From Squalus acanthias (Eukaryota), in assembly GCA_030390025.1 (NCBI GenBank), contig CM059432.1:1364001-1428000 (forward strand): a DNA stretch of 64,000 nucleotides. The letters run 5' to 3'. How positions within the stretch are numbered: position 1 is the first letter of the stretch; every line of letters starts with the position of its first letter. Made by a program: the position numbers and the translations under genes. Of this stretch, positions 11,925-25,220 are shown in pieces. Below the pieces are notes generated by a model, which did not search any database, had not been told where the DNA came from, and saw only the letters and a program-made list of their open reading frames with translations.

Positions 11925-13611
11925 TCTACACATTTTGTAAAGCCTTTATTTAGCAGTAATATAACATTTGATATTCTTGCATTAAATGACAAAACGATGG
12001 TTAAAAATCTGACAGTGTTGCTCTTCTGTTACTTCTAAGATATGCACTATATACCTAGAAATATATGCTTCCTTTTAAGTTCAATCCAATACACACATCA
12101 CCAGTGACAATTGGGAATAGCAGACATAAGAGATACAGAGAAGGATCCCAAGTCTGTGCATATTTTCCACTATTGGAGCTTTGGAGGAATGAGAGATGAA
12201 GGTGCTCTAACTGAAAAATTAGACAGTAAAATATCAAATGTGCTGACAATCCAATCAGGAGTTTAACAGAATCCAACATTTCAAACGGCAACGCATCACA
12301 ATTGTAAAATGTGATTTAAATGCATTTGATGAGATTTATGAGAAATTTATTTTAACATAATGAATCCATTATTTCACATTTAAAACTTATGTATATGAAC
12401 AAATTGGGTGATGTGCAACATAGAACTACTCCCATTGTCAGTACCAACTGGTACTGAGGTACGGGTTTCATACCTGGAGTACACCACAATTAATCTAATT
12501 TTACAACGGCCAGATGAATTGCAAACCTAGTGAGTAGAATTCAGTATATTACAATGGGAGTGTTTTCCACAGTTGATAAACTCTACAAGTACAAACTGAT
12601 GACAATTTAATTTCAAACGTTGCAGCTTTAACATATTCAACCTTAGTTTTAAGATTTCTGGAACTTAAACTCAGGTACTGTACAAATAATTACAGAATTT
12701 TCTTTACACTTTTAGCTATACAGTTTTTCAAACTACATTTCGAAACTCCTGAATCAAAGAAAAACCACTACATGACAAGTCAAATTCAACACAAACACGC
12801 ATTAAATAGACAAAAAAAAACCCTGGAAATAAAGTGTTAAGATCACCAATGACTCGATAATAAGATGGAACATGTTGCACTAAGAGGTAAAGCACTCCTT
12901 CCATACACATTTCTAAAATAAGGACTTTTGTTTAGTGATAAACTGAGATATTGAAACTGAACTGATGTTCTTAGAATACAAAATGCACTGAAATATATGC
13001 CAATTAATGGACACCTTATGCAATTCCTACGAATCTAAATGGGGACAAATACTGTTTATAAAACAGTTTAGTTAGAGGTTGCTATTTTATAGACACAATC
13101 CTTACCTAGCACTATAATAGATCTAAACAAAATCAATATTCAGTCCAACTATTAAAATACTGTAACATTGTGAGAAGTGATTGGGTTTTTCAGAAACAGA
13201 TTCAAGTAAAGCTAGCATGATTGAGTAGAAATAGCTTAACTTAGTACCATACAATCAACGGTTTTAAGGAACTCGATGGGCCAGTTTTACTCCCACTTAT
13301 TGCCTTACAAGAATCCTGCCAGAGGTGGGTTCAGAGTTCCATTCTTGGGCACTTACAGAATAGGTTTCAACAACTGTGCAACAGCCAAAGAAGAGAAAGA
13401 CGTGTTTAGCATCTCTCATACTAAGAGACTTCTATTGTACATACTTGGCAGTACTTTAAAAAAAAACTCTCAAAGAACATTCTTATTGGAAGAGACAGAA
13501 GTAAATTTGCATTGGTTGAGGCTGTACTGTTTAAAGTCATGAAATAATATATGCCCTGAAATTTGCTGTTAGCAGTCAGAGATGCTGGCTGACTTATTCT
13601 CCTATGTTGAC
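11925..13611 (-). other. OSBPL1A: Probable OSBPL1A 3' UTR (about 1.7 kb, AT-rich)
   Basis: Follows the stop codon and has no recognisable repeats; its end is inferred from an AATAAA. Confidence 0.5.
11945..11950 (-). terminator. Candidate polyadenylation signal AATAAA for OSBPL1A
   Basis: TTTATT on the plus strand, followed on the minus strand by a U/GU-rich tract (tattgtctttgttg). An alternative AATAAA lies at 12346-12351. Confidence 0.45.
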
Positions 13612-13714
13612 TTAATAAATATCACTGCAGTGCGAGTAATTCCGATCCCAGTAGCCTCCAGAGTACAGCCAGTCTGACGCACCAATGTAGGGGTTGGGCC
13701 CTTGATGGAACCAC
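13612..13714 (-). CDS. OSBPL1A: OSBPL1A last coding exon: WFHQGPNPYIGASDWLYSGGYWDRNYSHCSDIY*
   Basis: Matches the ORP1 C-terminus (WFHQGPNPY...YWDRNY...DIY); taacag| acceptor; TAA at 13614-13612. Confidence 0.96.
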
Positions 13715-14214
13715 CTGTTAACAAATCACAATAAAAAAACAAGTCATCACTTATTGACTGATGTTACTTGTGGAAGAGCAGTTGCAGCTTGGGACTCGGA
13801 CCATGTATTTCATGCAGCAAAACCATTTCTCTGATTATTCAAATTCATGATACACTCAGCACTGTGCAATTCACAAATATTCACGCATCTTTAATAGAAT
13901 GGCAGTTTTACGTTTATAAGTAATGATATTAGAAGAGAGTAGTATTAAAAGAATATACCCTAAAACAGGAGTGTCCAACCTGTGGGTCATTGGCCAAACG
14001 TGACCGTTGAGCTCCTCTATCTGGCCAACCAAGTCCCTGCCATCTTTGACAGCTTGTATGCAAAGCAATTTTACTGGTAGAGGCCTAGATGATTAGAAAA
14101 GACTGCTCCATGATTGGTGGATTTACACCAATTGGGGAGCAGTCTTTTTACACCAATCAGGAATCAGCTTTTACCAACCCTCCAGATGCAGGAGAGGTGG
14201 ACATGAGGAGCGTG

Positions 14215-15850
14215 ACTATTTTGTGTGTATGGGAATCTTATAAATGTGGGGGTCTTGCTTTGTGTGTATGTGAGGGTTTAACTGTTGCATATGGGCAGCC
14301 TTGCTTTTCATGTGCATAAATAGGTGGTCTCGCGCATTGTGTGTGTACGTGGGCGGTCTCGCGTTGTGTGTGTATATGGGCGGTCTCAGAAACATAGAAG
14401 ATAGGAGCAGGAGTAGGCCATTTGGCCCCTTGAGCCCGCTCCGCCATTCAATGCGATCATGGCTGATCATCCAAATTCAGTACCATGTCCCTGCCTTCTC
14501 CCCATATCCCTTGATCCCCTTAGCCTTAAGAAATATATCTAACTCCTTCTTGAATATATTTAATGAATTGGACTCAACTGTCTTCTGTGGTAGAGAATTC
14601 CACAGGTTCACCACTCTCTGGGTGAAGAAATTCCTCCTCATCTCAGTCCTAAATGGCTTACCCCTTATCCTTTGACTCTGACCCCTGGTTCTGGACTCCC
14701 CCACCATCGGGAACATCCTTCCTGCATCTAGTCTGTCTAGTCCTGTTAGAATTTTATAAGTTTCAATGAGATCCCCTCTCATTCTTCTAAACTCTAGTGA
14801 ATACAAGCCCAATCGACCCAATCTCTCTTCATATGTCATTCCTGCCATCCCAGGTATCAGTCTGGTGAATCTTCGCTGCACTCTCTCCATGGCAAGAACA
14901 TCCTTCCTCAGATAAGGCGACCAAAACTGCACACTATACTCAAGGTGTGGTCTCACCAAGGCCCTGTACAACTGCAGCAAAACATCCTTGCTCCTGTACT
15001 CGAATCCTCTCGCTATGAAGGCCAACATACCATTTGCCTTCTTAACCGTCTGCTGCAGCTGCATGCTTACCTTCAGCGACTGGTGCACAAGGACACCCAG
15101 GTCTCGTTGCACTTCCCCTTTTCCCAATCTATTGCCGTTCAGATAATAATCTGCCTTCCTGTTTTTGCCACCAAAGTGGATAACTTCGCATTTATCCACA
15201 TTATACTGCATCCGCCATGCATCTGCCCAATCACCCAACCTGTCCAAATCATACTGGAGTTTCTCTGCATCCTCCTCACAGCACACACGCCCACCCAGCT
15301 TTGTGTCGTCTGCAAACTTGGAGAGATTACATCTAGTTCCCTCGTCTAGATCATTAATATATATTGTGAATAACTGGGGTCCTAGCACCGATCCCTGCGG
15401 TACCCCACTAGTCACTGCCTGCCACTCGGAAAAAGACCCGTTTATTCCAACTCTTTGCTTCCTGTCTGCCAACCAGTTTTCTATCCAAGTCAGTACCTGA
15501 CCCCCAATCCCGTGTGCTTTAACTTTGCATGCTAATCTCTTATGCGGGACCTTATCGAAAGCCTTCTGAAAGTCCAAATACACCACATCCACTGGTTCTC
15601 CCTTATCTATTCTACCAGTTAAATCCTCAAAAAATTCCAGTAGATTAGTCAGGCATGAGTTACCTTTTGTAAATCCATGTTGACTTTGTCCGATCCGGTC
15701 ACTGTTTTCCAAGTGCTCTCGCGTTGTGTGTATATGGGCGGTCTCGCGCGCGTGTGTATATGGGCGGTCTCGCATTGTGTGTGTGTATATGGGCGGTCTC
15801 GCATTGTGTGTGTGTATATGGGCGGTCTCGCATTGTGTGTGTGTATCGGT
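14215..15850. repeat. Minisatellite (TGTGTGTATATGGGCGGTCTCGCAT)n, split by the CR1 at 14388-15717
   Basis: Units are visible at about 14320-14387 (degenerate from about 14215) and 15718-15850. Confidence 0.8.
14388..15717 (-). mobile_element. CR1 LINE 3' portion (RT domain, open frame) inserted in a minisatellite
   Basis: RT motifs in ORF 14477-15973; CR1 3' UTR ending ...tatcttctatgtttct. Confidence 0.93.
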
Positions 15851-16734
15851 GGTATTAATGGGCCTCAATTTTTCTATAATCGTATGCAGCCCACTCATTG
15901 ATTTGGACACGTTTATCTGGCCCCTACTCCTAAAGATTGGACATCCCTGTCCTGAGGGAATGCATGTACACACCGAAATTTGTTAGAGGCTTACTATTTA
16001 AGTAACAGGAAATGCTGCATTCTTCAAGTATGTATTCATGTATTGCTATTTAACAAACAAAATGTTTGATGAAAGTAAAATTTATTTTGCAAAACCACAT
16101 AATAAATCCATTACAATTTTGCCTTAAAGAATGCATCATGGAAGATTTAACACAAGACTCGGAGTCTAGGCATGCCAGTCAGACTTTCAAACCAGGGAAA
16201 TGGGGCCACCACATACAATTAAGAGAGAATGCATCCAGTAAAGACAAAGATACTCACTGCCAGCTTCAAGTAGTTATGTACCTTGCTGCAATGAAGTCAC
16301 CACTTCACTAGAAGACATCTAGTATTCTAATAGTTACAGCACTGGCTTCTCGGTCTGATTTATGAGTGTGAATTTCAGGGCTTTATAACTGCCCAAATCC
16401 AATTGCCACGACTGCTGGTTCTCAATAGATCTGCCAGGTACAGCACGTAATAAAAACACCCATCTCAAGAGGAGGATGGACTGACTGTCTGTTACAGCTG
16501 GTGTTTTACGTCAGATACATTCTGGGCCATTACAGGCCTCATCAGTTCTGAAGTTAGCTTACTGCATTTGTTGTGCTACAGTACGGTTTCCTTTTTAAAA
16601 ATTCAGCAAGGTAAAAAAGAGAGGGGAAAGCATCCCCACTATTTTACTACTACTTTGTGAGCAATTATATTTTGTTCCTTGTTCCTTAAAAACTGTATTG
16701 ACCCTGCAAAGTGCTCCTCAGTACCGTTTCAGAC

Positions 16735-18990
16735 TGGTCCAAGTTGGGAGAACTGTCCCGCAGACTAGTCAAGCAACAGCCTGACTCATACTGTCAGAGT
16801 CATTGTCTATCAACCAACATCCCGGATTCCTCCAACACCATCCCTGGGTAGGTCCTGTCCCACCAGCAGGACAGACCCACTATGCTAAGTGGGATAAACA
16901 AATCTAGCTGCTCAAAACCGGGAAATTTATGAGGTGCTGTGGATCACCAGCAGCAACAGAATTGTATACCACTACAATCTGTAACCTAATGGCTTGGACC
17001 TGGGAGTTCTCAATATTGACTCGGGACCCCATGAAGTCTCAAGTCAGACGAGTCCAATGAGACTTCCTGATCACCTACCAGCCCCCACCTCAACTGATGA
17101 ATCAGTACTCTGTCGTCCTAAACACCACTTGGAGGAAGTAGCAAAGAGGCACAATGTACTTTGGGTGGGGGACGTAAATGACCACCACTGACCAAACTGG
17201 CTAAGTTCTGGAGGACACAACTTCCAGATTAGGCCTACACCAGGTAATGAGGGAACTAACACGAGGGAGCAACCTACTTGACCTCACCTGCCTGGTGCAC
17301 TTAGCAATGGTAGGAGTGACCACCATACAGTCTTTGTGAAGACAAAGCCTCGTCTTCAGAGTGAGGATACCCTCCATCGAGAAGTGTTGCACTACCACAA
17401 TGGGATAAACAAATCTAGCTGCTCAAAACTGGGAAATCTATGAGGTGCTGTGGGTCAACAGCAGCAACATAATTGTATACCACTACAATCTGTAACCTAA
17501 TGGCCAACACATCCCTCACTCCTCCATCACCAATCACCCAGGCCCGGTTCAAATGGGACTCTAGAAGGGTGTGCCAGGACCAGCATTGGGCATACCTTAG
17601 AATGAGGCACCAACCTAGCGAAGCTAAAACTCAAGGTTGCCTGTATGCCAAGAAAGAAGGAAGAAGACTATAGACAGAGCTAAACAGTGCCACAGCTGAA
17701 GTATCAGAGCAAATCTCTATAGCCTTACTACAGCAGGCTGAGAGTGATGGGACAATTAGGTAACTAATGGGAGGAGGCAGTCCATGAACATCCCCACCAT
17801 CAACCATGGTGCAGTCCAGCACGAGTACAAGAGATAAGTTTGAAGTGTTTGCATACGCCTTCAGCCAAAAGTACTAAGTGGACAATCCCACTCAGCTCCT
17901 TTCCGGCAATACGGAAGATTGCTCAGATATGACCTATCCATAAAAGGCAGGACAAATCTAACCTAACTAAATTACTGCCCCATCAGCTCCCCCCAATCAT
18001 TCGTAAAATGATGGAAGGAGTCATCAATGGTGCCATCAAGCAACATCCTTTCACCAAGAACCTGCGCACTGACATTCAGTTTGGGTTCCACCATAACCAC
18101 TCAGCTCCAGGTCTTGTCACAGCTTTGATCCAGTCATGGACGCAAGAGTTGAATGCCAGAGGAGAGGCGACAGTAGCTGCCCAGGACGTCAAGGCAGCAT
18201 TTGACCAAGTATGGCACCATGGAGCCCTAGAAAACTGAGGCCAATGGAGGTTAAGGGGAAAACACTCCGGTAGCTGGAGTTATACGCGCACACAAAAGGA
18301 AGGCGGCTGTAGATGCTGGGGACTAATCATCACAGCCACAGATCATTGCTGCAGGTGCTACGCAAGGAAGTGTCCTTGACCGACCCAAACAGCACCATCA
18401 TCGAGTCCTCAGGGTCACTATTGACCAGACGCTTAACTGGACGAGCCACATCAACAGCACGGCTACAAGAGGACAAAGGCTGGGTATTCCGATGAATGAT
18501 CCCACAAAGCCTCTCTACCATCTGCAAGGCTCAAGTCAGAGGCGTGACGGAATACTCACCACTTGCCTGTATGGGTGAAGCTGCAACAAAACCCAAGAAG
18601 CTCAACACCATCCAGAAAAAAAGCAGTTCACTTGATTGCCACACTATCACTGGACTCAAAATCCACCCCCTCCACGTGCGGATTACTTGCAAAATACACT
18701 ACAACAACTCATGGAGCTTATTTTGACGGCACTGTCCCTGCAACCTCTAGCATTAAGAAGCACAAGAGCAGCAAGATCATGGGAACGCCATTAGCTCCAA
18801 GTCATCCTGACCTGGACATATACAGCCTTACCTTCATTGCCATTGGGTTAGAATCCTGGAATTCCTTACATACTACCACTGTGCGAGTACAATCAGCATA
18901 AAGAGTGCAATAGCGAAGGGGAAAACCCACCACCACCTTCTCACAGCAAATAGGCACAGTCAATAAAAACGTGGCTGTAGTGTTGTACAC
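16735..18990 (+). mobile_element. Old, heavily disrupted LINE of a second CR1/L2-group family
   Basis: RT remnant QFGFHHNHSAPGLVTAL...DVKAAFDQVWH (18008-18238); 3' end caccaccaccttctc. Related pieces lie at 9355-9865 (-), 61880-62210 (+) and 62620-62850 (+). Confidence 0.75.
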
Positions 18991-19236
18991 CTCCTGAGGG
19001 AGATTGTTTTTTAAATTGTGTAAAGTCCCCATCCCCGGGCACTAGTCAGCAACTTTTAAAAGTTTTTTCCATATCAAAATATACTTAATTTACTAAGAAA
19101 CTTGACTAGTGTACACCGATGAAACTAGTAAACGATTCAGTAGGCTTTTTAAAAAAGTGATTTAAAATCACGATTACGTTCTATTACGTTGCCCGATTGC
19201 GCTGGTTCATGGAAGATTTTAAGTTTGTGATTATAC

Positions 19237-21497
19237 ATAGATAAATAGATACATAGAAGATAGGAGCAGGAGTAGGCCATCCGGCCCTTCGAGCCTGCTC
19301 CGCCATTTAATGAGATCATGGCTGATCCTCCAATTCAGTATCCCGTCCCCGCCTTCTCTCCGTAACCCTTAACCCCTTTTGCCTGTAGAAATATATCTAA
19401 TTCCCTCTTAAATATATTTAATGAGCTGGCGTACACTGCCCTCTGTGGCAATGAGTTCCACAGGTTCACCACCCTCTGAGTGAAGAAATTCCCCCTCATT
19501 TCTGTCCTAAATGGTTTAGCCCTTATCCTTAAATTATGTCCTCTAGTTCTGTTCTCACCCGCCAAGGGAAACATCCCTTCTGCATCTAGTCTGTCTAGAC
19601 CTGTCAGAATTTTATACACTTCTATGAGGTCCCCTCTCAATCTTCTAAACTCCAGTGTGTACATCCCTAAACTACATAGTCTCTCCTCATAGGTCAATCC
19701 CGCCATTCCTGGTATCAGCCTGGTGAATCGCCGCTGCACCCCCTCCATGGCAAGAACATCTTTCCTCAGATGAGGCGACCAAAACTGTACACAGTACTCG
19801 AGGTGTGGTCTCACCAGTGCCCTGTACAGCTGCAGCAAGGTAGTCCTGTTCCTGTATTCCAACCCTTTTGCTATGAAGGCCAGCATACCGTTTGCCTTCT
19901 TGATCGCCTGTTGCACCTGCATGCTCGCCTTCAGTGACTGGTGTACAAGAACACCCAGGTCTCTCTGTACTTCCCCCTCTCCCAATTTATTGCCATTTAA
20001 ATAATAATTTGCCCTCCCGTTCCTGCACCCAAGGTGGATAACTTCGCACTTGTCCACATTATAGTGCATCTGCCATTTATCCGCCCAATCACCCAGTCTG
20101 TCCAAATCGCTCTGGAGCTTCCTGGTCTCCTCCTCTGAGCCCACCCCCCCTCCTAGTTTAGTGTCGTCTGCAAATTTGGAAATGCTGCATCCGACTCCCT
20201 GATCCAGGTCATTAATGTAAATTGTGAACAGCTGGGGACCCAGGACAGATCCCTGTGGTACCCCACTTGTTACTGCCTGCCATTCAGAAAATGAGCCGTT
20301 TATTCCAACTCTCTGTTTTCTATCTGACAGCCAGTTCTCTATCCACGTCAATACTTTCCCCTTTATCCCATGAGCTTCAATTTTCCCTGCTAATCTTTTA
20401 TGTGGGACCTTATCGAAGGCCTTTTGGAAGTCCAGGTACACCACATCTACTGGCTCGCCCCCATCTATTTTACCAGTTACTCCCTCAAAAAATTCCAATA
20501 GATTAGTCAAGCACGATTTACCCTTTGTAAATCCATGTTGACTCTGTCCTATCCTGTCCCCATTTGCTAAGTGCTCCGCTATTTCATCCTTAATGATGGA
20601 CTCCAGCATTTTGCCCACAACTGATGTAAGGCTTACAGGTCTGTAATTACCTGCTTTTTCCCTACTCCCCTTTTTGAATAGTGGGGTAACGTTAGCTACC
20701 CTCCAATCCATGGGCACTGTTCCCGAGTCTAATGAATTCTGAAAAATCATACTTAGTGCATGCGCTATCTCTAGGGCCACCTCCTTCAGCACCCTAGGAT
20801 GCATGTTATCAGGCCCTGGGGATTTGTCCGCCTTCAATCCCTTTAGCTTCCTTAACACCATATCCTTAGAGATATTGACTTGCGTCAGTTCCTCCTTTGC
20901 AAATGTCCCTATTTTTCCCGATATCCCAGGGAGGTTTTTTGTGTCTTCCTTCGTAAAGACTGACCCAAAGTATGCATTTAGTTGGTCTGCCATTTCTTTA
21001 TTTCCCGTTATATATTCCCCCGTATCTGACTGCAATGGGCCAACTTTGGTTTTCACCAGTCTTTTCCTCTTGATATACTTATAAAAGCTTTTGGAGTTAG
21101 TTTTTATATTTTCCGCCAGCTTGCTTTCGTAAGCTATTTTGCCCCTCTTGATTAAGCCCTTTGTCCTCCTTTGCTCTATCTTAAACTGTTCCCAATCTTC
21201 CGCTCTGGCGCTTTTTTTGGCTATTTTATACGCCCTATCTTTGGATTTTATGCTGTCTCTAATTTCCCCTGTTATCCACGGTTGAGTCACCTTTTTAGAT
21301 TTCCTTTTATGCCAGATTGGTATAAACAATTTTTGCAATTTTGTCATTCTATCTTTAAATGCTTGCCATTGTTTATCTACCTCCAGTCCTCCCAGGAACG
21401 TTGTCCAATCAGACCTACTCAGTTCCCGTCTAATGGCATCATAATTCCCCTTGTTTAAATTCAGGACCTTAGTATCTGAGTCAATTTCTTCGCTCTC
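19237..21497 (-). mobile_element. Young 5'-truncated CR1 (HER1-like) LINE with an uninterrupted ORF2 portion
   Basis: 754-aa ORF 19335-21599 with RT motifs (GNYRPVSLTS, YLDFQKAFDKV, GVPQGSVLGP, KFADD), CR1 3' UTR and a simple-repeat tail. Confidence 0.95.
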
Positions 21498-21634
21498 CAT
21501 TTCGAGTGAGATTATGCAAATAGATTTTATTGGAAACTTAAACTGACCTAACCAGCACAATTTTGCTCGCATTTTCCCCGACTGCGCCCAAAACGGCAAC
21601 TGTAGCCCATAGAACCTTGCTTAGATTACACTTA

Positions 21635-22170
21635 GAACTGTGCACAGTTCTGGTCTCCATATTATAAAAGGCACTGGAGAAGGCGGAAAAAAGATTTCCA
21701 GGGATGATGCCAGAACTGAGGGGTTATAACCATCAAGAAAGACTGAACAGACTGGGGCTCTTTTCTCTAGCAAAAAGACTGAGAGGTTATTTAATAGAGC
21801 TCATTAATATTATGAAGGGATTCGATAGGGTAGACGTAAAGAAGATGTTTTTACTTGTGGGCGAGTCCAAAACGAGAGGCCATAAATATGAGGTAGTAAC
21901 TCATAAATCCATTCGGGAATTCAGGAGAAACTTCTTTACCCAGAGAGTGGTGAGAATGTGGAACTCGCCACCACAGGGAGTGGTTGAGGTGAATAGTATA
22001 GATGCATTTAAGGGGAATCTGGATAAACACACGAGGGAGAAAGGAATAGAAGGATATGCTGATAGGGTGAGATGAAGTAGGAGTGGGAGGGGGCTCGTGT
22101 GGAGCATAAACACCAGCACGGACCAGTTGGGTCGAATGGCCTGTTTCTGTGCTGTAAATTCTGTGTAAAC
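21635..22170 (+). mobile_element. CR1 3' fragment
   Basis: RRNFFTQRVVRMWNS motif plus 3' UTR. Confidence 0.85.
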
Positions 22171-23115
22171 AAGATAAGTCTTGTAACTATGATCAGTACC
22201 TGTGAACTCCACATCGCAAGTTGCAGGTTTTACATTTTTTAAGCCAAGAAACTGACAAATTGGCTGAGAAAGATGATTGAGAGTCTTACCAAGCTGACTC
22301 CATGAACTGTCACAATAATACCCAGTGACAGAATAAGGTTAGCTAAACCAGAGAATATTTTGAAATTTTAGATTACTTTAGGATTGGACATCGCTGCTGT
22401 AATTCTATTTTTTTTTTAAGGATAAGACAAAATGGGGATAACAACAATGAACTTCTTTCACTGTTTTCAATCGGATATTGGCTTTGGTTTCCCTTTAAAT
22501 AAGTGTGGCCACGGCATTTCACCAAACTGCACGTATGTTTTGTTTTATAATGAAGTGCTCATTTCAAAGAGAAAGAAAGTTATTCCAAGCGTTTAAGACA
22601 CACAGAGGCAACAAACCAACAACAAAGTACAAACAAGCCAAACCTGGGACCCTCTGCCAATTGGTTCCTTTGGGGGAAACAACAGAGAGAAGCACAGATT
22701 ATTAAACAATATTTGACCAATAGTTAATTCTGCTCAATAGAAACAAAACACTACAAACTTTCCAATCTAGGGAAGCAGAAAACCTCTACTTCCAACACTC
22801 AGTGTGTGTGTGTGTGAGAATATTTGAGTCTGCAGTGAAGCACTCAGAACTGAAGCTGAGCCAACTGATTACACGCTTCAGTTCCAAATTCTAGGCAGCT
22901 CATCAGGTTAACATGACAGAGGGCACAGAGATATTAAAATTACACAGCACCTTCTAAAGCATCTCAAATCTTTATGGTAAAGTACATTGTTAAAGCGTAA
23001 CAGGGTGGTTTCCTGAACCAAGCCTCTTTGTTTGCAATTTTTTTGTACTCATTAAAGTGACGGCAAGTTACTGCTTACTTTGGGAATCCGGTGCTGGCAA
23101 GCATTTAAAGATCAA

Positions 23116-24441
23116 GGCCGGGAATTGCCATGGTCTCTTCAGCGCAATTCGCCAGAAATCGGTTCAGCGCAAATTAGGTTCAGCGCAAATCGAGTTTCCG
23201 CCATCTTTTGTGCTAGTTTTAAAAACATTGCGCTAGAAGCCGGCCCTGCCCACAAAACGGGCCGCACTCCCAGATCGAATGAATCACCTTTGGGAGTTTC
23301 CACTAATTGCACTCGTTTGCGAGCCTTCGAGGAGGCTCTAAAGATTAAGCTGGTTCTTTTGGGCGCAAGGACACTCATCGGCATCTTTTAAAAGCCTTTG
23401 AATATAATTTTTTTAAATTTACTAAGAAACCAACCACTGTATTTAAAATCAGATTATTCACAGGTGGTGGACTAGGCACTCTGATTAAAATGGTTATTTT
23501 TTGTAATAAACCCATTTTCAGCTATATTATTCAAACTGCACCGAGTTACCACTCTTAAATATAAAGTTAACATGCAGGTACATCAAACAATTTGGAAGAC
23601 AAATAGTATGTTATTCTCCAACCCCCTTGCAATAAAGACTAAGAGTAAGGAAGTCTTGCCGCAATTATATAGGGCTTTGGTGAGACCACACCTGGAGTAT
23701 TGTGTACTGTTTTGGGTCTCCTTATCGAAGGAAGGATATACTTGCCTTGGAGGCAGTGTAACAAAGATGCACTGGATTGATTCCTGGGATGAGAGGACTG
23801 TCCTATGATGAGAGATTGTGTAGAATGGGCCTATACTCTCTGGAGTTTAGAAGAATGAGAGGTGATCTCATTGAAACGTACAAGATTCTGAGGGGGATTG
23901 ACAGGGTAGATGCTGAGAGATTGTTTCCCCTGGCTGGAGAGTCTGGAACTAGTGGGCATAGTCTCAGGATAAGGGGTAGGCCACTTAGGACTGAGGTGAG
24001 GAGAAATTTCTTCACTCAGAGGGTTGTGAATCTTTGGAATTCTCTGCCCCAGAGGGCTGTGGATGCTGAGTCGTTGAGTATATTCAAGACAGAGATCAAT
24101 AGATTTTTGGACTCTAGGGTAATCAAGGGATATGGGGATCGGGCGGGAGAGTGGAGTTGATCAACAAGATCACCCATGATCTTACTGAATGGAGGAGCAG
24201 GCTCGAGGGGCTGGACGGCCTACTCCTGCTCCTAATTCTTATGCTCTTATACCAAGGAATATTTTTTAAAGCAATTTGTTTAAAATAAAATTACATTGTG
24301 AAACGCTGCCCCATTGCGCTGGCTCATGGTATATTGAGAGTTCGGCGATATGCAAATGAGTTTGAGCGGAAACTTGAGGGGGGAAAAAAACACTTCTCAA
24401 AACGGGCGCAATTTTGGATCGCCGATTGCGGGAACTCTACC
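23116..24441. mobile_element. Probable Harbinger-like GC-rich element split by a CR1
   Basis: CpG-rich ends with weakly related termini and an AT-rich core on both sides of the CR1. Confidence 0.45.
23566..24250 (+). mobile_element. CR1 3' fragment inserted in a GC-rich DNA element
   Basis: LVRPHLEYC and YSLEFRRMRGDLIE motifs plus 3' UTR. Confidence 0.88.
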
Positions 24442-24904
24442 CAGTGTGTTAGACGCAGAGTAAAGCTCCCTCGACTTTGCCTCAACCTCAGTTTCAGAAG
24501 AGTATTCCTTACTCCACCCATCACTGTTCTGATCTCGAAGCAAGATTGCTGAAGTAGGACTCACTAGGAAAGGGCTAAGACTCCCCAAACTCATTCAACA
24601 TGTGCCCATGCAATGGGCAGGTACAGGAAGCATTCAGTGTGGTCTAAATTCAAATCGAAGTGCCAAAGAGTACTAAGCTAACCTCTTGTAATATGCAGGG
24701 CTCTAGGTGGTCCATTTTTACATAGAATTTACAGCACAGAAACAGGCTATTCAGCCCAACAGGTCCATGCCAGTGTTTATGCTCCACACGAGCCTCCTCC
24801 CACCCCTCTTCAACTAACCCTATCAGCATAACCTTCTATTCCTTTCTTTCTCATGTACTTATTCAGCTTCCCCTTAAATGTATCTGTGCTATTCACCTCA
24901 ATTA

Positions 24905-25220
24905 CTGCGTGGGTTTCCTCCGGGTGCTCCGGTTTCCTCCCACAGTCCAAAAATGTGTGGGTTAGGTTGATTTGGCTATGATAAATTGACCCTTAATGTT
25001 AGGGGGGATTAAATATGTGGGGTTATGGGGATAGGATGGGATATGTTAGGGGGAATTAAATACGTGGGGTTACGGGGGTAGGGTGGGATATGTGTACTGT
25101 GGGGATTAAAGCAGGGACAGGGTACTGGATTTGGATGATCAGCCATGATCGTATTGAATGGCGGAGCAGGCTCGACGGGCCGAATGGCCTACTCCTGCTC
25201 CTAGATTCTATGTTTCTATG
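24905..25220 (+). mobile_element. 5'-truncated HE1/V-SINE nested in a minus-strand CR1 fragment (24720-25410)
   Basis: V-domain and tail are nearly identical to the 29685-30104 copy. Confidence 0.85.

Noticed and set aside
14477..15973. 498-aa ORF as a domesticated RT fusion gene
   Set aside because: The N-terminal extension is minisatellite and flank sequence that happens to be in frame with a truncated CR1; nothing supports expression.
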